The notes under the pieces: model-generated | What the model was told of the DNA's origin: nothing | Databases searched by the model: none | What the model saw: only the letters and a program-made list of their open reading frames with translations | NCBI GenBank assembly: GCA_026936335.1 | Contig: JAPMXV010000016.1 | Span: 186,001-250,000 of the forward strand | Length of the DNA stretch: 64,000 nt | Source of the DNA: Mantamonas sphyraenae STR306 | Taxonomy: Eukaryota > Protista > CRuMs | Direction: 5' to 3' | In this document: piece after piece, positions 34,081-46,395 of the stretch | Numbering within the stretch: the first letter of the stretch is position 1 | Layout of the letters: every line of letters begins with the position of its first letter | Program-made: the position numbers and the translations under genes

Positions 34081-35369
34081 TCACCTTGCCTGTCCCTTGA
34101 CTCCCAATGACGGGACATGTGAACCGCGTCTGCTGCTGCTTCCACCACTTCCACCACTTCCTGCCATTCCACTGCTCCCACTGCTCCCACTGCTCCCAAT
34201 GCTCCCACTGCCCTGCACCATCGCACTCCCACGTCGTGAGCTGGCCCCACTGGTGCCACCATTCCCACTGTTCCCGCTGTTCCCACTTGCTTTTCGCCTC
34301 GATGCAACCACCTCGCGTGCCTCCTGTGCCTCTTGCTTGCTCACATCCACCAATTGGGCACGTGTACGCTCCAGCATGTGTTCCAGCTCCTCTTCACGCG
34401 CCATGCTCAGCTCCTTGACCCGAGCAATCTCCTTCAGGAACTTCCGTTCCAGGTTGGCCAACTCCTTGCGCCGCCGCTTCTCCATGGCCTTCACCAACTC
34501 CTCCTGTTGGAACTCCAGACCCGTCTTTTCCCTGTCCAGCTCCTTCACCCGCCGTGCCAGCTCCCGAATCACGTCGTCCTTTTTGTGCAAATCCTTTTCC
34601 AGCGCCCCGAGCACCTTTGTAAACTGTTCGCTCTTGCGCAACGCCTCCAACGCCTCTGCCAACGACTTTTCCAACGATGACACTTCGATCTGGTGCAATG
34701 CCAGCGACGTCTCCGTCTGCCGCACCTGTTGTTTCAACTTGACAATCACTTCCTCCTTCACTTCCAGCTTGCCCAGCAGCCCGTCCACTTTGGCCTGCAT
34801 GCTGTCGATGGCGTTCTGCGCCTCCGTTTCCTCCCTCTTTTGCAGCTCCTTCATGTCTCGCTGTGTGTGCAGACGTGCCGTGTGTGTGTGTGTGTCAGCC
34901 AGTCAAAAGAGTGAGAGCCGTTACCACCCCCTAATTTTCTTCAACCCTTGCTTGCTTCCCACACACCACCACTTTCCAATTTCCAACCCACGTCATGCTT
35001 CCCAGCCAACTTGGCCAGTTCGTTGGCCAACTGTTGCCTGCAGGCTGCACGGACGGTCTCCAGCTGCCGTGTGTGCACTCGTTGCAGGTAGTCGATCTTG
35101 TTTGTCAGCCGCCAGTGGGCCTTGCCCATGTGTTGTTCCAGTCGATTGTTGTAGTCTGCACGCAGCACTGTCTTTGTGTTCTGCAGCTCCTCTTCTGCGT
35201 GCTGCAGCTCCTCACGCAGCTCGTCCAGCAGCTCCATGAAATCCCCCAGATCCTCCAACGCCGTCTCCTCCGTCTGACACGACACATCCACCTTGTAGTA
35301 TGGATTCACCAGGTCGTCCCGGATGAATTCGCCCAGTTCCGTCTCTTCTTGTTCCACCTCGGGATCCAT
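34081..35369 (-). CDS. Coiled-coil protein, DUF4709/C10orf67-like; intron 34991-34861
   Basis: DVSCQTE..LRADYNNRL..IDYLQRVH..VRAACRQQLANELA recalls DUF4709; long coiled coil; Ser/Gly tail. Confidence 0.55.
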
Positions 35370-35438
35370 ATCGCGGAGAAAGGCGTTGATTTGGTTTGGC
35401 ACGAGGCCTGCAGCTCCTCCCCCCCCAAACCCAACTCA

Positions 35439-36308
35439 ATGTCGTCCTCCTCCGCCTCTGCCTCCCTCTCAGACGGCAACGAGGACGTGCAGCGGCTGAA
35501 AACGGCCTGGGTCAATGAAAAGAGTGCTCCCGAATTGCTTGTTTACGAGCACGAGCTGGTGACCGAGGTCGGCGCACGCATCAAGGAGCAGCAAGACCTT
35601 CTTGACGACATGATTGACGAAGGCAAGCAGGTGCTCGTCCTGGTCATCTACGAGATGGAACTCGATCGCCTCAACTATCTCATCAAAGCCTATCTACGCA
35701 CACGCCTGTACAAGATCCAATCACTCGCCTTCTACCTGTACAAAAACAAGGTGCGCCTCTCACCCCCCCCCACACGCACACGCACACAACAAACGCATGC
35801 ATAGGGTCCCGCTCACATGTGCCCCCCACTTCGTATCATTCCCACATTTTCCACAGGACGACCTCATCGGGCGCATGAGCAAGGCCGAACTGACTTTTCT
35901 TGACGGGTGAGCGTGGTCACACAGCCCTCCCACCGGCCTGCCCCTCTGGCTGTATCGCTGACACACACACACTTCCCGTGTCACTCTCTGCTTGCTTGCC
36001 TTCAATGTTGCCACGCCACCTCCTGTTTACTGTTCAGGTATGTCAAGACGCTGCGCACACACATGAACTCGCTGTTCTTGGGCGCACTGCCTGAGCGACT
36101 GCGCTCCTTGGACGGCAAGGACGACGCAGGCGACATGACACCGGGCCCAAAGACCTCCCGACACGTCATGTGTCGCATCACGGAAGACATCGGCGAGTTT
36201 GACATTGGAGGTGGCGACACCGTGGAACTCAGCAAAGGCGACCAGCTCGTCGTCCGCTACAGCGTCATCTCCGACCTCCTCTTGCAAGACATGGCCCAAT
36301 TGGTCTGA
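35439..36308 (+). CDS. GINS4: GINS complex subunit SLD5, 2 introns
   Basis: AWVNEKSAPELL.Y, MELDRLNYLIKAYLRTRLYKI, MSKAE, VVRYSVI. Confidence 0.95.
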
Positions 36309-36367
36309 AAGGGTCCCAAGTCGCAATACAAACCAAAAAGCAGTGCATTTTGCCCGCTCTGCCTGCC

Positions 36368-38408
36368 TCAGTGGGAAAATTCCTCGTCAAGGAACTCGTC
36401 CTCGCTCTCCCCCGGCAGATCCACAGGCACGGGTGCGCCGGCTTGCACCTCCACGGGCACCTCCATGTGTCCACCTCCTGTGCCTGCACCCGCCCGCCTG
36501 TCCCTGTTGTCCCGCAGGGCAATCGACACGTCGGTGTCGTTGAGTTCGTCGTCCGAGGCATCCGAATCGTCGCCCACCTCAAACGTACCCATTTCCTCGT
36601 CCCCCGCCTGGTTGATCACTTTGCCGTAGCGAGCCTTGCCACTCATTGTCTGGGTGCGGTTGAGACCCGTCCAGCGGGGGCACTTGTTGGTGCGGTGCAG
36701 GTGACACCCGACGAGTGCCACCAACACAAACAACGTCAAGCCCGTGGCAATCCATTGGCCCAACGTGGACGGGTAGGGCAGGTTGCCGATGATGTGACCA
36801 ATCCACGTGCCCGTTTCCTTGGGCTTCTCTGTCTTGTTGGCCACAATCGGATCGGGGCACACATACGGCACATGCGTCATGTTCACGTACCCGTTGCGCA
36901 TGCGACAACACACCAACTCCTGGAACTTACCCAGGCAGAAGTTGTTGATGCACGTCTCCTCAAAGTCGATGTGGTTCCACATGCACTCTTTGCTCGACCG
37001 TGTGCACGCCACAAACTCCAGTGCCTCCTTCTTGCAATCCTGGCTCACAATGGGCTGACACATGGGATCCCTGGACAGCAACACATCATTGCCACTGGCA
37101 TTGCTGTTGCCCTCGTCTGTAGACGTCGACGACGGCGTCACTGGTGCCTCCTGCGGAGCCGACGGCTCTTCACACGTGCATCGCGTGAACCGCGGACACT
37201 CCGTGCGGGAGCTGTTGTCACACGCCAGCTTCACCTCGGGTTGGCATGTGTGCGTGGCAGGGTCGCACTCCAGACCATACATGCACACGCTGGGCTGCCA
37301 ATAGGCAGAGAACGGCCTGTGTTCCGGACGTCCATTGCCCCACACGTCGCAACTGCCACCCTGACCAATGGTCAATGGCTCTGTGCACACCCCATTGGAG
37401 CAGTACAGTCCATCCAGACACTGACTCATAAAGTTGCTATAGCTCACCTCGGGTCCCGAATTGCACGCCGCGTTTGCCTCCAGACGCTTCACACACTTTT
37501 GCTCCAAATTGCAGTACATGTCTACCCCACACTGGTTCTCCTTGCTTGGGTCACATGAGTCGTCCAGCACAATCCCGCCGCAGTTCCCGCCCCCATTGCA
37601 CTCGTCTGCAACACACTTTCCGCTGTAGCACTCCTCGGCATGGTAGCATCGTTCGCCCGCGTACCTCTGTGCGTTCATAATGGCCCCCAACACACATCCA
37701 CACCCAGGATGAAGGTTGTGTTTGTGTCAGCCTGTCGTCGGCCTCAGCGCACGCGTTGTTGTTTGCGGTCATTCCGTCTCCCACCGGGCCAATCCGCAGC
37801 CCCAGCCCTGTGTTCACTCACCTTGATCACACACTGTGTCTTGGGAGGTCCATCATCGGGACTCTGTGGTACCAAAGGCTGGTGTGTGGTCGTGGGGTCA
37901 CATGGGTCAGTGTCTGTGTGTCTGTGTGTGTGGGTGTGTGGGTGTGCGACCAACTCACAGGCGAAGCACAGCGGACTCCGGGCCGTCCTTTGGCCGACGG
38001 AGGCAGGTAACGACTACGACCAGGCAGGGGCTTGGTTACCACAGCCGAGTGTGCATCCAGGTGGCTCAAGGTCAGACAGTGCATGACGCTGCCACACTGG
38101 GTGGCTTCGTCCAGCGATGGGTTGCAGTCCTTGTACAGCTTGGGTTTGCTGCATGTCCCTTGCGTGCAGAACAGCCCATTCTGGCACATGCGAATGGCCA
38201 TGCCGGCTTTGGTTGTGGTGTTGACCCTATCCATGAGGAATTGGTCTGCGTCACACACGCTTCCCTCTTTCACCAACACCGTCGCCGCCACAGGGCATGT
38301 GTAGTTACCATACACAAGCACCTCCCCGGCCCCACCCGCTACCAGCCCCATCGTCATCGTCACAGCCGCCACACACGCAATCCATGTGCACACAGCCTTG
38401 AGCAACAT
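36368..38408 (-). CDS. Cys-rich single-pass type I membrane protein, 2 introns
   Basis: Signal peptide; repeated C..C..GL(F/Y)C..G.C modules; one TM (WIATGLTLFVLVALVGC); acidic tail. Confidence 0.7.
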
Positions 38409-38461
38409 TTTTCAGGGCGCGCGGTGAGTTTGCCTGCGCCCGCGCATCCACCTTGGCTCGC

Positions 38462-39817
38462 ATGTCCCTTGATTCCACCGCCACCGCCACCGCCACTCCC
38501 ACCGCCACCGCCGCCGTGGTTGAATCCCTGTCGATTGCCGAGTTGGTGGGCGACCACAGCCTGCTGGTGGAGGCCGGGAGCGTCACGTCGAGCAGCAGCG
38601 AATCGCACGATTTCAACTGGGCTTCCGAAAACTTCACCACCGTGGAAATGCTCACGCGATGGAATCTCAAACTGCTGCGCTTCACACAAGACTGTTGGAT
38701 CAAATTCACCCATCGTCTGCTCCACCTCCTGCTCGTTTCCAAGGACTCGGAACGCTTCATCAGCTTCACCGAAACCGCAGAGGAGATTTCCCTCCTGCTC
38801 GACGCAGACACCGCCGACGAGTTTATTCGCAATGACGACGAGAGCCAAATCGGCGTCTGCGATGACATTTGGATTCCCGTGAAGCTGGTGGCGCCGGAAG
38901 ACGGAATCGGCTACCAGGGCGTCGGCGTCGTACGCCGTCTCAGCAAGCCACTGGCCTGTAGGGGCATTAGCATCCTGTATCTCAGTGCCTACGAAACCGA
39001 TTATGTGTTTGTGTGCGAGTCGGACAAGGACAAAGCCATTCAGGCCCTGCGTGAGGTTGGTTTGTTCACCGTCATCGTCGACGATGAAACCTATCCGTCG
39101 ATCGACGCCTACGAACTGGACCATTGCGATCCGTGTGCCTATCCCACGGCCGTGTCACGTCTGCAAGGCACCGAGTCACCCGACAAGCTCAGTCTGGGCC
39201 TGGGGCAGGTGGGCGAGCACTTTTTCATTGCCTCCATCGCAAAGAGCAAACTGCCACAGACAACATATCCGCTGCTGCAACTCTTGTTCCCAGACAGGAC
39301 ACGCAAGAGCGGCACTGGAGAGGAGGATGGCAATGATGATGCACAGGACGAGGAGGACGAGGAACAGGAGCACGACGACGACGACATCAACGACAACGAC
39401 AACGATTACGACGGCAAGAGCAGGAGCAGCAGTGGGAGTAGGAATAGCACGTGGGCACCCTCGTTCCTGGGGTACACAGAGACAGATGCCGAGATTTCGC
39501 TGATGCTGAGTGCAGAGGCATTGCAGCAGTTTGAGGACGAGTTTGAAGATTGTGTGCGTGTGTTTCCCACTCGGTGGTCCTGCTTGCACGTCAGCGACAT
39601 TTCCATGGGTTCGGGTACGGCCATTGTCAGTTCCATCAGCCGTGCATTGTCCACCGCGGGCATCTCCATGTTCTACGCGTCCACCTTTAGCACAGACTAC
39701 TTCCTCGTGCCCAGCATTGAGCTCGACGCTGCCGTGGCCACCCTCAAACACAACTTTCTGGTCAGTCAGGACGAGGGCGAGGAGGGCGAGGAGGGAAGTC
39801 AGGAATTTGAGCCGTGA
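38462..39817 (+). CDS. CASTOR/GATS-like tandem ACT-domain protein
   Basis: Two repeats of F.S.TET..EISL(L/M) and G.V..(L/I)S..L..GIS..Y.S.(Y/F).TDY..V. Confidence 0.85.
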   Translation: MSLDSTATATATPTATAAVVESLSIAELVGDHSLLVEAGSVTSSSSESHDFNWASENFTTVEMLTRWNLKLLRFTQDCWIKFTHRLLHLLLVSKDSERFISFTETAEEISLLLDADTADEFIRNDDESQIGVCDDIWIPVKLVAPEDGIGYQGVGVVRRLSKPLACRGISILYLSAYETDYVFVCESDKDKAIQALREVGLFTVIVDDETYPSIDAYELDHCDPCAYPTAVSRLQGTESPDKLSLGLGQVGEHFFIASIAKSKLPQTTYPLLQLLFPDRTRKSGTGEEDGNDDAQDEEDEEQEHDDDDINDNDNDYDGKSRSSSGSRNSTWAPSFLGYTETDAEISLMLSAEALQQFEDEFEDCVRVFPTRWSCLHVSDISMGSGTAIVSSISRALSTAGISMFYASTFSTDYFLVPSIELDAAVATLKHNFLVSQDEGEEGEEGSQEFEP

Positions 39818-39883
39818 ATGAACAGCACTGAAGTGAGTTTGCTCTACACGGCACGCCGTCGCATCCACTTCTTCGTCGCACCC

Positions 39884-42259
39884 ATGGACACCGAATCCGC
39901 CGTGGGCAGCAAACGCTCCGCCGAAGCATTGCACGCGTCGTTGGCCCGTTTTGATAGCCTGTGTGAGGAGTTGCGTGAGACGGCACGTGCGGTGGCGGCG
40001 CCGGAAGCAAAGCGGCAGCGGGTGAACGATGCCGCCCAGGCCGACGCCGACAGCTTGCTGCATGTGTCCAAACTCATCGTGGGCATGCGTCAGACACACC
40101 GCCAAGTTGTGCAGGTGGTGGAACAGAGCAAGGATGCCGTGGCAGAGAAAAAGGCCGCCGTCGAGCTGCAGTACCTCAACCTTCAGAACCTCATGTACGA
40201 GCGCGACCACATCCAGAGCGAGATCCGACGCAGCATGGACTTTGCGTACGTTGCCACCTCATTTTCTGCGTAGCCCATGTCTCAAATGTGGCCATGGTTC
40301 CCGCCGTGTACTGCCTTTAGTGACGCGTGAAGTGTGGGGCTGCAAAAAGGGCCCTCGAGCATGCGGCCCTCCCTCGCGGCTGATCCTGCTGCCCTGGACA
40401 CTGACACAGTTGACAACCCACCCCCCCCCCCAAACCTCACCACGCATCCACACAGTGCCGTGTCGTCGCAAGACACATCGATCATCAGCGAGGAGGAGTT
40501 TGCAGAGAGCCAGGATGTGCAGGTGGACGCGCCGGACGATGCCACGCGTGCGCATCTGCTGACGCTGCGAAGACTGACGTTTGAGCTTGCCGAACGCAAG
40601 CGACTGCAGGAGGAGTTGCAAGCACATAGGGACAGACAGGGGGAGCTGTTGGAGCAGGTGAAGGAGGAGCGACAATCGTTGTTGCAGCTTGACACGCACG
40701 TGAAAACGCTGCTGGATGCCTCTCAGAGTGTGGCACGCTACGTCAAGCAGCCGGTAAAGGAGGTGGAGGAGGCAGACATGCTCTTGTACCTGCCAGGAAG
40801 CCTGTATGTGTTGTACAACCAAGCCACGGCATGCAAGGAGGCGTACGACGAGGACATTGGCGTGAAAGTGCTGGGTTCGCTGGACGAAGCACGTGCGCTG
40901 CACCAGGCCGAGTTGCAGGCAGCTCGCGGTGCACATGAGCAGGAACAGGGACAGGGAGAAGAGGAGGAGGGCACAGACGATGCCATGCAGATGGATGAGG
41001 AGAGCACGACGGCTGCGGAGGAGGACGAGGACGACCAGGAAGAAGACGGACGAGGCGGACGACGAGGACGACGTGGACGACGGGGACAACATGCAAAGAC
41101 ACAACAGTCAGGATACGCGCAGGATACCAACGGAGCATCCTCGTCATCGTCCTCGTCCACGTCACGCCGCACGGCCATGGACGAGGCAACACTGCTGACG
41201 AAGCACCCTCTCAGTGTGCAGTTGGACATTGGGTTTGTGGACATCGAAAGCCAGGAACGCAAGGTTGCACGGCTGCAGTTTGAATACCTGAGCACGTTGC
41301 AGATTGTGAGTGTGACACACACAGTGGATTCGATGGTGGGCATCGAGCCAGCACTGCTGCAGCATGCACTGTGCAACCTGTTTGCAAACGACACGGGCCT
41401 GGAAAGCCCCAATGCAGCCAACCGCTTTGTGGAGGGTGCCCAGCCAGGCACCCTCAAGTTTGGCGCCGCTCACGGCCGCGCCTTTGTGTACAGATGGGCA
41501 CAGTGGCTGGCAGGCCTGGATCACCAGGCGCGTGACGGGGAGTTGCAGCGCTACTCCATGCTGGAGGTTGTGCAGCGGGTGCGCACACGCATGGAGGAAC
41601 TGCAGTCGTTGACGCACGAGTTGTTGCAGCTCAGCCAGAACACACCGGAGCCCATGTGCCCACCGCTGCTCGACAACAGCTTGCGTGTGGACACAAGCCT
41701 CACCGCATGCACATCCATCGACCAGCAGACGTTTGGTGAGCTGTTGCACAAGCGCCACCATCGCCTGGAGGACTCCCTCATGCACAAGGACCTGGCCGTG
41801 GGTGCACGCTACCTGCGTGTCCAGCTTGCAGCAGGGCAGCACACCATGCAAGCCTGTGTCCAGGTGCCCATCATGTATCCCCACGCGCCCGCTTTTGTCC
41901 TCATCACCGAGTGCTCTGTGCCAGACACGGCCAGCCGCGGTGTCCCGGCCGCACTCCAGGCTCTCGTCAGCAAGAGTGCCCACCATGCCCTGCGCCAACT
42001 GAAAAAGGCACCCAGCAGCAATGCATGGGAGCTGATTGAGCGCGAAGTCAACGCGTTCCCGGTCCACGTCGACGACGCCGCCCTCCTGTCCACACAACTG
42101 CGCCAACTGCAGTTCCTCTTTGGTGCCTACGTGCAGGCACAAGACGCACAAGAACAGTTGGGTGCTTCCTCTGTGTTTAATGCCTTTGGCAAGGAGTTTC
42201 GTGGCAAGCGACGAGAGTTTGCCGTGTTGGTGAATCGATCGCGGCAAGATTTTCGATGA
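39884..42259 (+). CDS. THOC5: THO complex subunit 5 (FMIP); intron ~40246-40455
   Basis: LNLQNLMYERDHIQSEI, RRLTFELAERKRL, LPGSLYVLY, HPLSV, F.YL..L.IV, LFANDTGLESPN, YRWAQWLAG. Confidence 0.9.
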
Positions 42260-42282
42260 ATGGATGGGTTTCTCAAAACAAT

Positions 42283-45039
42283 TCACTGAATCAGCTCGTA
42301 AGGACACCTTCCCATGGGACACAACACTCCGTTCACGACGCCGTTTGCGTCTGTGTGCACGACGAGGGTTTCTTGATCAGGCTGAATGTTGTCCTGGTTC
42401 TCCTGAACGACCACGTACTTTGTAAAGGGAAGCTTGTTCCGGATGTCCACAATCTTGCCGTCTTCAATGTGGATTTGGATGTTGCCAATGGGGCAGCGGC
42501 TGGTGTCGAGGGCGTAGTGGCCCGTGTGGTAGGGCTGAAGACACACGAGGCAAAAGTCATGCTTGGCACTGGGCACACTTCATGTGGTTGCACCCGTCCT
42601 TGCTGCGGTTGGCCTCGTCCATAAACTGGATGAGGGCCGGGCAGTTGGGACACTTCTTGGTGAATCGCTCGAGCCAGGCCTTGTCCTCTTGTTTGAACTT
42701 GTCGTTGACGTCGCTCTGGAACTCCACGCAGGTCATGCCTTCGTGCCATTTCACGTTGCAGCGACTGCAGATGAGCACTCCACATTCGTCGTTGGGACAG
42801 GTTTGGGTGTGGCTGATGTAGTTGGTGGGCAGGAGGTAGGCACACTGGCAGGCAGGGCAGTACCTGGTTTCGCCGTCAATGTCCAGGGCATACTGCACAC
42901 TGAAGCGCTGGTACTTTTCCAACATGGGCACATGGTCGCGTAGCACGTGTTCGATCACGTGCACGTCGATGACGGTGGTGCACCCTGCCTGCAGACAAGG
43001 AGGAAAGGCGTTGCGTGCGGTGACGTGTGTTTCCACGTGTTCACGCACACATTCTTCGCAAAAGCGATGGTCACACTCAAACGTAAGCATCTCATCAATG
43101 GTCAGTTCGTCGTCCATGCACACCTCACACTCGTGGTACTTGATGGACATTGGACCTTGGCCGTCGTCGGCTGTGCTTCCACCGCTGCTCTGGCCCGCTG
43201 CACAGGCAAACACCATGGCGTCGTACTGCAGCTCCAGTGTCAAATCGCTATCCAACGCATGGCGCACCTCTTTGTCCGACAACACCCGTATGCAGCCTGT
43301 GGTAGGACACTGAACGGCAAACAACGCCTCGCCCCCAGCCACCATGGCCGCACGCACCGCACGTCGCACACACTCCAAACATGCCAAGTGTGCACATCCA
43401 TCCAATCCAAACACGCTGTGCCCTTCCTGTTGGCCCTTGTGGCATGCCGAGCACGTTCCATCCGCGTGTGTGCTGATGTTGTTGTTGTTGTTGTTGTTGC
43501 CGCTCGTACCTGTGTTGGTATTGGTGTGCTGTGACGTATCTCCGGTGTTGTTTGTGCTGTTTGATGACGAGCTTGTGGTTGTGATCTCGCCGGTACTGCT
43601 GTCCATCGTCACCACCACCACATCGTCCCCGTCGTCGCTGTCGTGGTCAACCGTGACAATGTGACCACCGATCTCATTGAAGATGTTGCTCCCGCCGCCT
43701 TCACCACCATCCCCACCACCCCCACTCCCATCTCCAGGACCATTGCCACCACCACTGCCACCATTGCCACCGAGATGGAGCACGAGATCGCCCTCGCTGA
43801 CGGACGACGTCATGAGGACGTCAGCACGATCCGACGCCTGGCGGTCGTAGTCGCTGCGAGACACGGGCAGGTCAAGACACGTGTGCTTCTTGTCCATGGC
43901 ATGGGTGCTGGCACACGTGTCACACAGAAACAACTCGCACTTGACACACTCCTTTGGCTGCGCGGCAAGATCCCCGCATCGATCGCAATACGGCACCGCA
44001 TTGTGGTTGAACCACGCATTGAGGACTGCGTCGTGAAAGAAGCCACGCAGGGTGGGTTTGGAACCGGCCACACGCGCCCATTCCTTGCGCGTGACCGCCT
44101 TGGAGCAATCAAAGTGGGGACACTGCACTGCGTCCACATCTGAGTCCTCCCCAGGCAACACCAATTGCACCATCCCTTCCAAACACATGAGACACACCGA
44201 ATGGCCACACGCTTGCAGTTTCACCATGGCTGACCACACTCGCGACTCGAAGCAAACACCGCACTCTGTAAACTCACGCAGCTGCTCGTCCTGCTGCCCT
44301 CGTCCCAGCCACTCATCCACCAACTCGGTTCTTGTGCCTCTTGTCCCGCCATTCCCACCGCCTGTGCTGTCCCCTCCCTCGCTGTTGCTCCCGTCTGTGT
44401 GTTTGCAACGCGCGGTGCGTGATGCAGTCAGCACAAACCCCCCACGTTTGCCTCTGCACGCCCTTCCACGCGTTCCTACCTGTGCTATTGCTCCCCTCTT
44501 GCATGCAAACGCATGCGTATTTGCATCCATCACACAATGGCGATGTGCATTGTGCGCATGGGCCGGTGCTCTGTGGTCAACAAGGTGCAAGGTGAGCGAA
44601 TGAAGATGCGTTTCCACGCGTTCCGGCGTCCCACGGCGCACACACTCCACCATCTCCAACTCACTGCCGCTGTGGTACACCTGCTGCAAGGCACCGATGG
44701 CGTCGACTGCACGTTCATTTCTGCCTGGAGCGTCGTTTTGAGGTATGCCAGCTGCGAGACCTCGCCCAGCGCCTGCAACAACGCCTGCCCGGGCACAGGT
44801 GCGTTGCAATCCGGACAGCCCATCTGCAGAAGGCTTTCGTTCACCGACGTATGCATTGCAAATGCCATCAAAACACACTGTGGGCAACACGGGTGTCAAT
44901 GGGAGGCAACACGGGAAAGGAGTGGTGAGGCAGCCACACCAAGCATCAAACGCACGCCTTCACAAAAGCCATGGCCACAGGCAGGGGAGACCCATGCAAT
45001 GTTTTCATTATTGCAGCTGGCACACGATGTGGACTGCAT
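42283..45039 (-). CDS. RBR E3 ubiquitin ligase with three extra RING-like modules and a B-box-like motif; 3 introns, frame break ~42563
   Basis: RING1 CEVC..CDHRFCEEC; IBR CPAC..C..C..CSRC..WHEGMTC; RING2 CPNC..GCNHMKC..C, continuing as KHDFCLVC in the next frame. Confidence 0.85.
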
Positions 45040-45143
45040 CGGTGGCCTGTTGCTGTTGCTGTTGCTGCTGCTGCTGCTGCTTCTCCTGCACTCACTGGCG
45101 CAAACGCAAACGCAAACACACACATCGAACCTATCGGGACAAT

Positions 45144-46201
45144 TCAGGCGGCAAAACACGGGTTGGTGGAGTGTCCCGTGGCATGGAAGGCATCCAAGAC
45201 GGCGTGGCGGAAGGTGAGCAGACCCAGGGTGAGAAAGATGTGCAGGGCGTCCACCGGTGACACAAAGAGCAAACGAGCGAGCACATTGCGTGCAGCATCG
45301 CCCACAACCATCACTGCAATGCCCATGCCCACGTAGATTGCCGTGATGTTGTTCTGCGTCGGTATCGGTGTCGCGTGTGGTGTGGGTGTGGGTGTGGGTG
45401 TGAGATGGGAGATGGGAGATCTCCAAACACACAGCTCCGCTCCTCCACCCTCTCCCACCCTTCTCACACAAACACACAACAACAACTTACAAAGTGAAGG
45501 GAACAGACGGCAAAGTAGAGAAGGAAGCCAATGATGGGATACGGAGTGATGCCCTCGACCATGGTGTTGTCAAAGTTGACGAGGGAGGCAACAAAGGCAA
45601 GGCCAGAGAGAGCCATCATGATGGAACCATTGTCCATGGCCACAGCAATGCCAGAGGCACAGTTGCTGAGACGGCATTCCAGGTCGGCAAAGCGGAGCAG
45701 AGGCACCAGGGCCAGGAAGAGGGCAGCCAAACCGACGGTGCTTGTCAGCTTGACGGCCACCGTGTGCAACTTGATGACGGTGGGATCCTTGGTGGCATAG
45801 TGGACGGCACCCAGACCCGAGGCAAGGGCAAAGAGACCGTAGGACAAGGCCCAATGGAAAAACTGGTCGGGGCCAAAGTTGTGGACCTCGTGTTCGACCA
45901 GTCGGAAGTGAATCTGGTACAAGGACACCAGGCACGACGCACACAGAATCACCTCAAACACTGTGTTGATGTATGCGTTCTCTTGCTGCTTCATCACCTG
46001 TTTGCGCCACTCTGAAACCTTGGAGAAGCGCGACACAGACTCCACCGTCGCTACTGTGCTTGCTGTGCTGGCGCCATCATCATCCTCGGCAGCAGCCCTC
46101 CTTGTCTCTTTCTCCTCCACCACAGGTCCCGATGTCGCAGACTTTCCCTCGCCCTCTGCTTGCACGTCGATTAGAATGGACTTTCGTCGTCGCGTCGTCA
46201 T
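45144..46201 (-). CDS. Multi-pass membrane protein of unknown function; intron 45490-45354
   Basis: Spliced ORF with about 7 hydrophobic segments after a charged N-terminus. Confidence 0.65.
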
Positions 46202-46395
46202 CGTTGGAATCGTCGTCGGATGTGCAGGCTGGCTGGCCCGGCGCAGCCATCCCATACGTTTCGCACACTCCACACTCACTCTGATGTCCACCCGTTTTGC
46301 TACCCGTCTCTTTCCCCATCTTGCCTGACTGTCTCTCCCCATTCCCTCACACTCTGTGTGTGCCCCCACGCGGCCAGAACAAGGCACCCTGCAGA

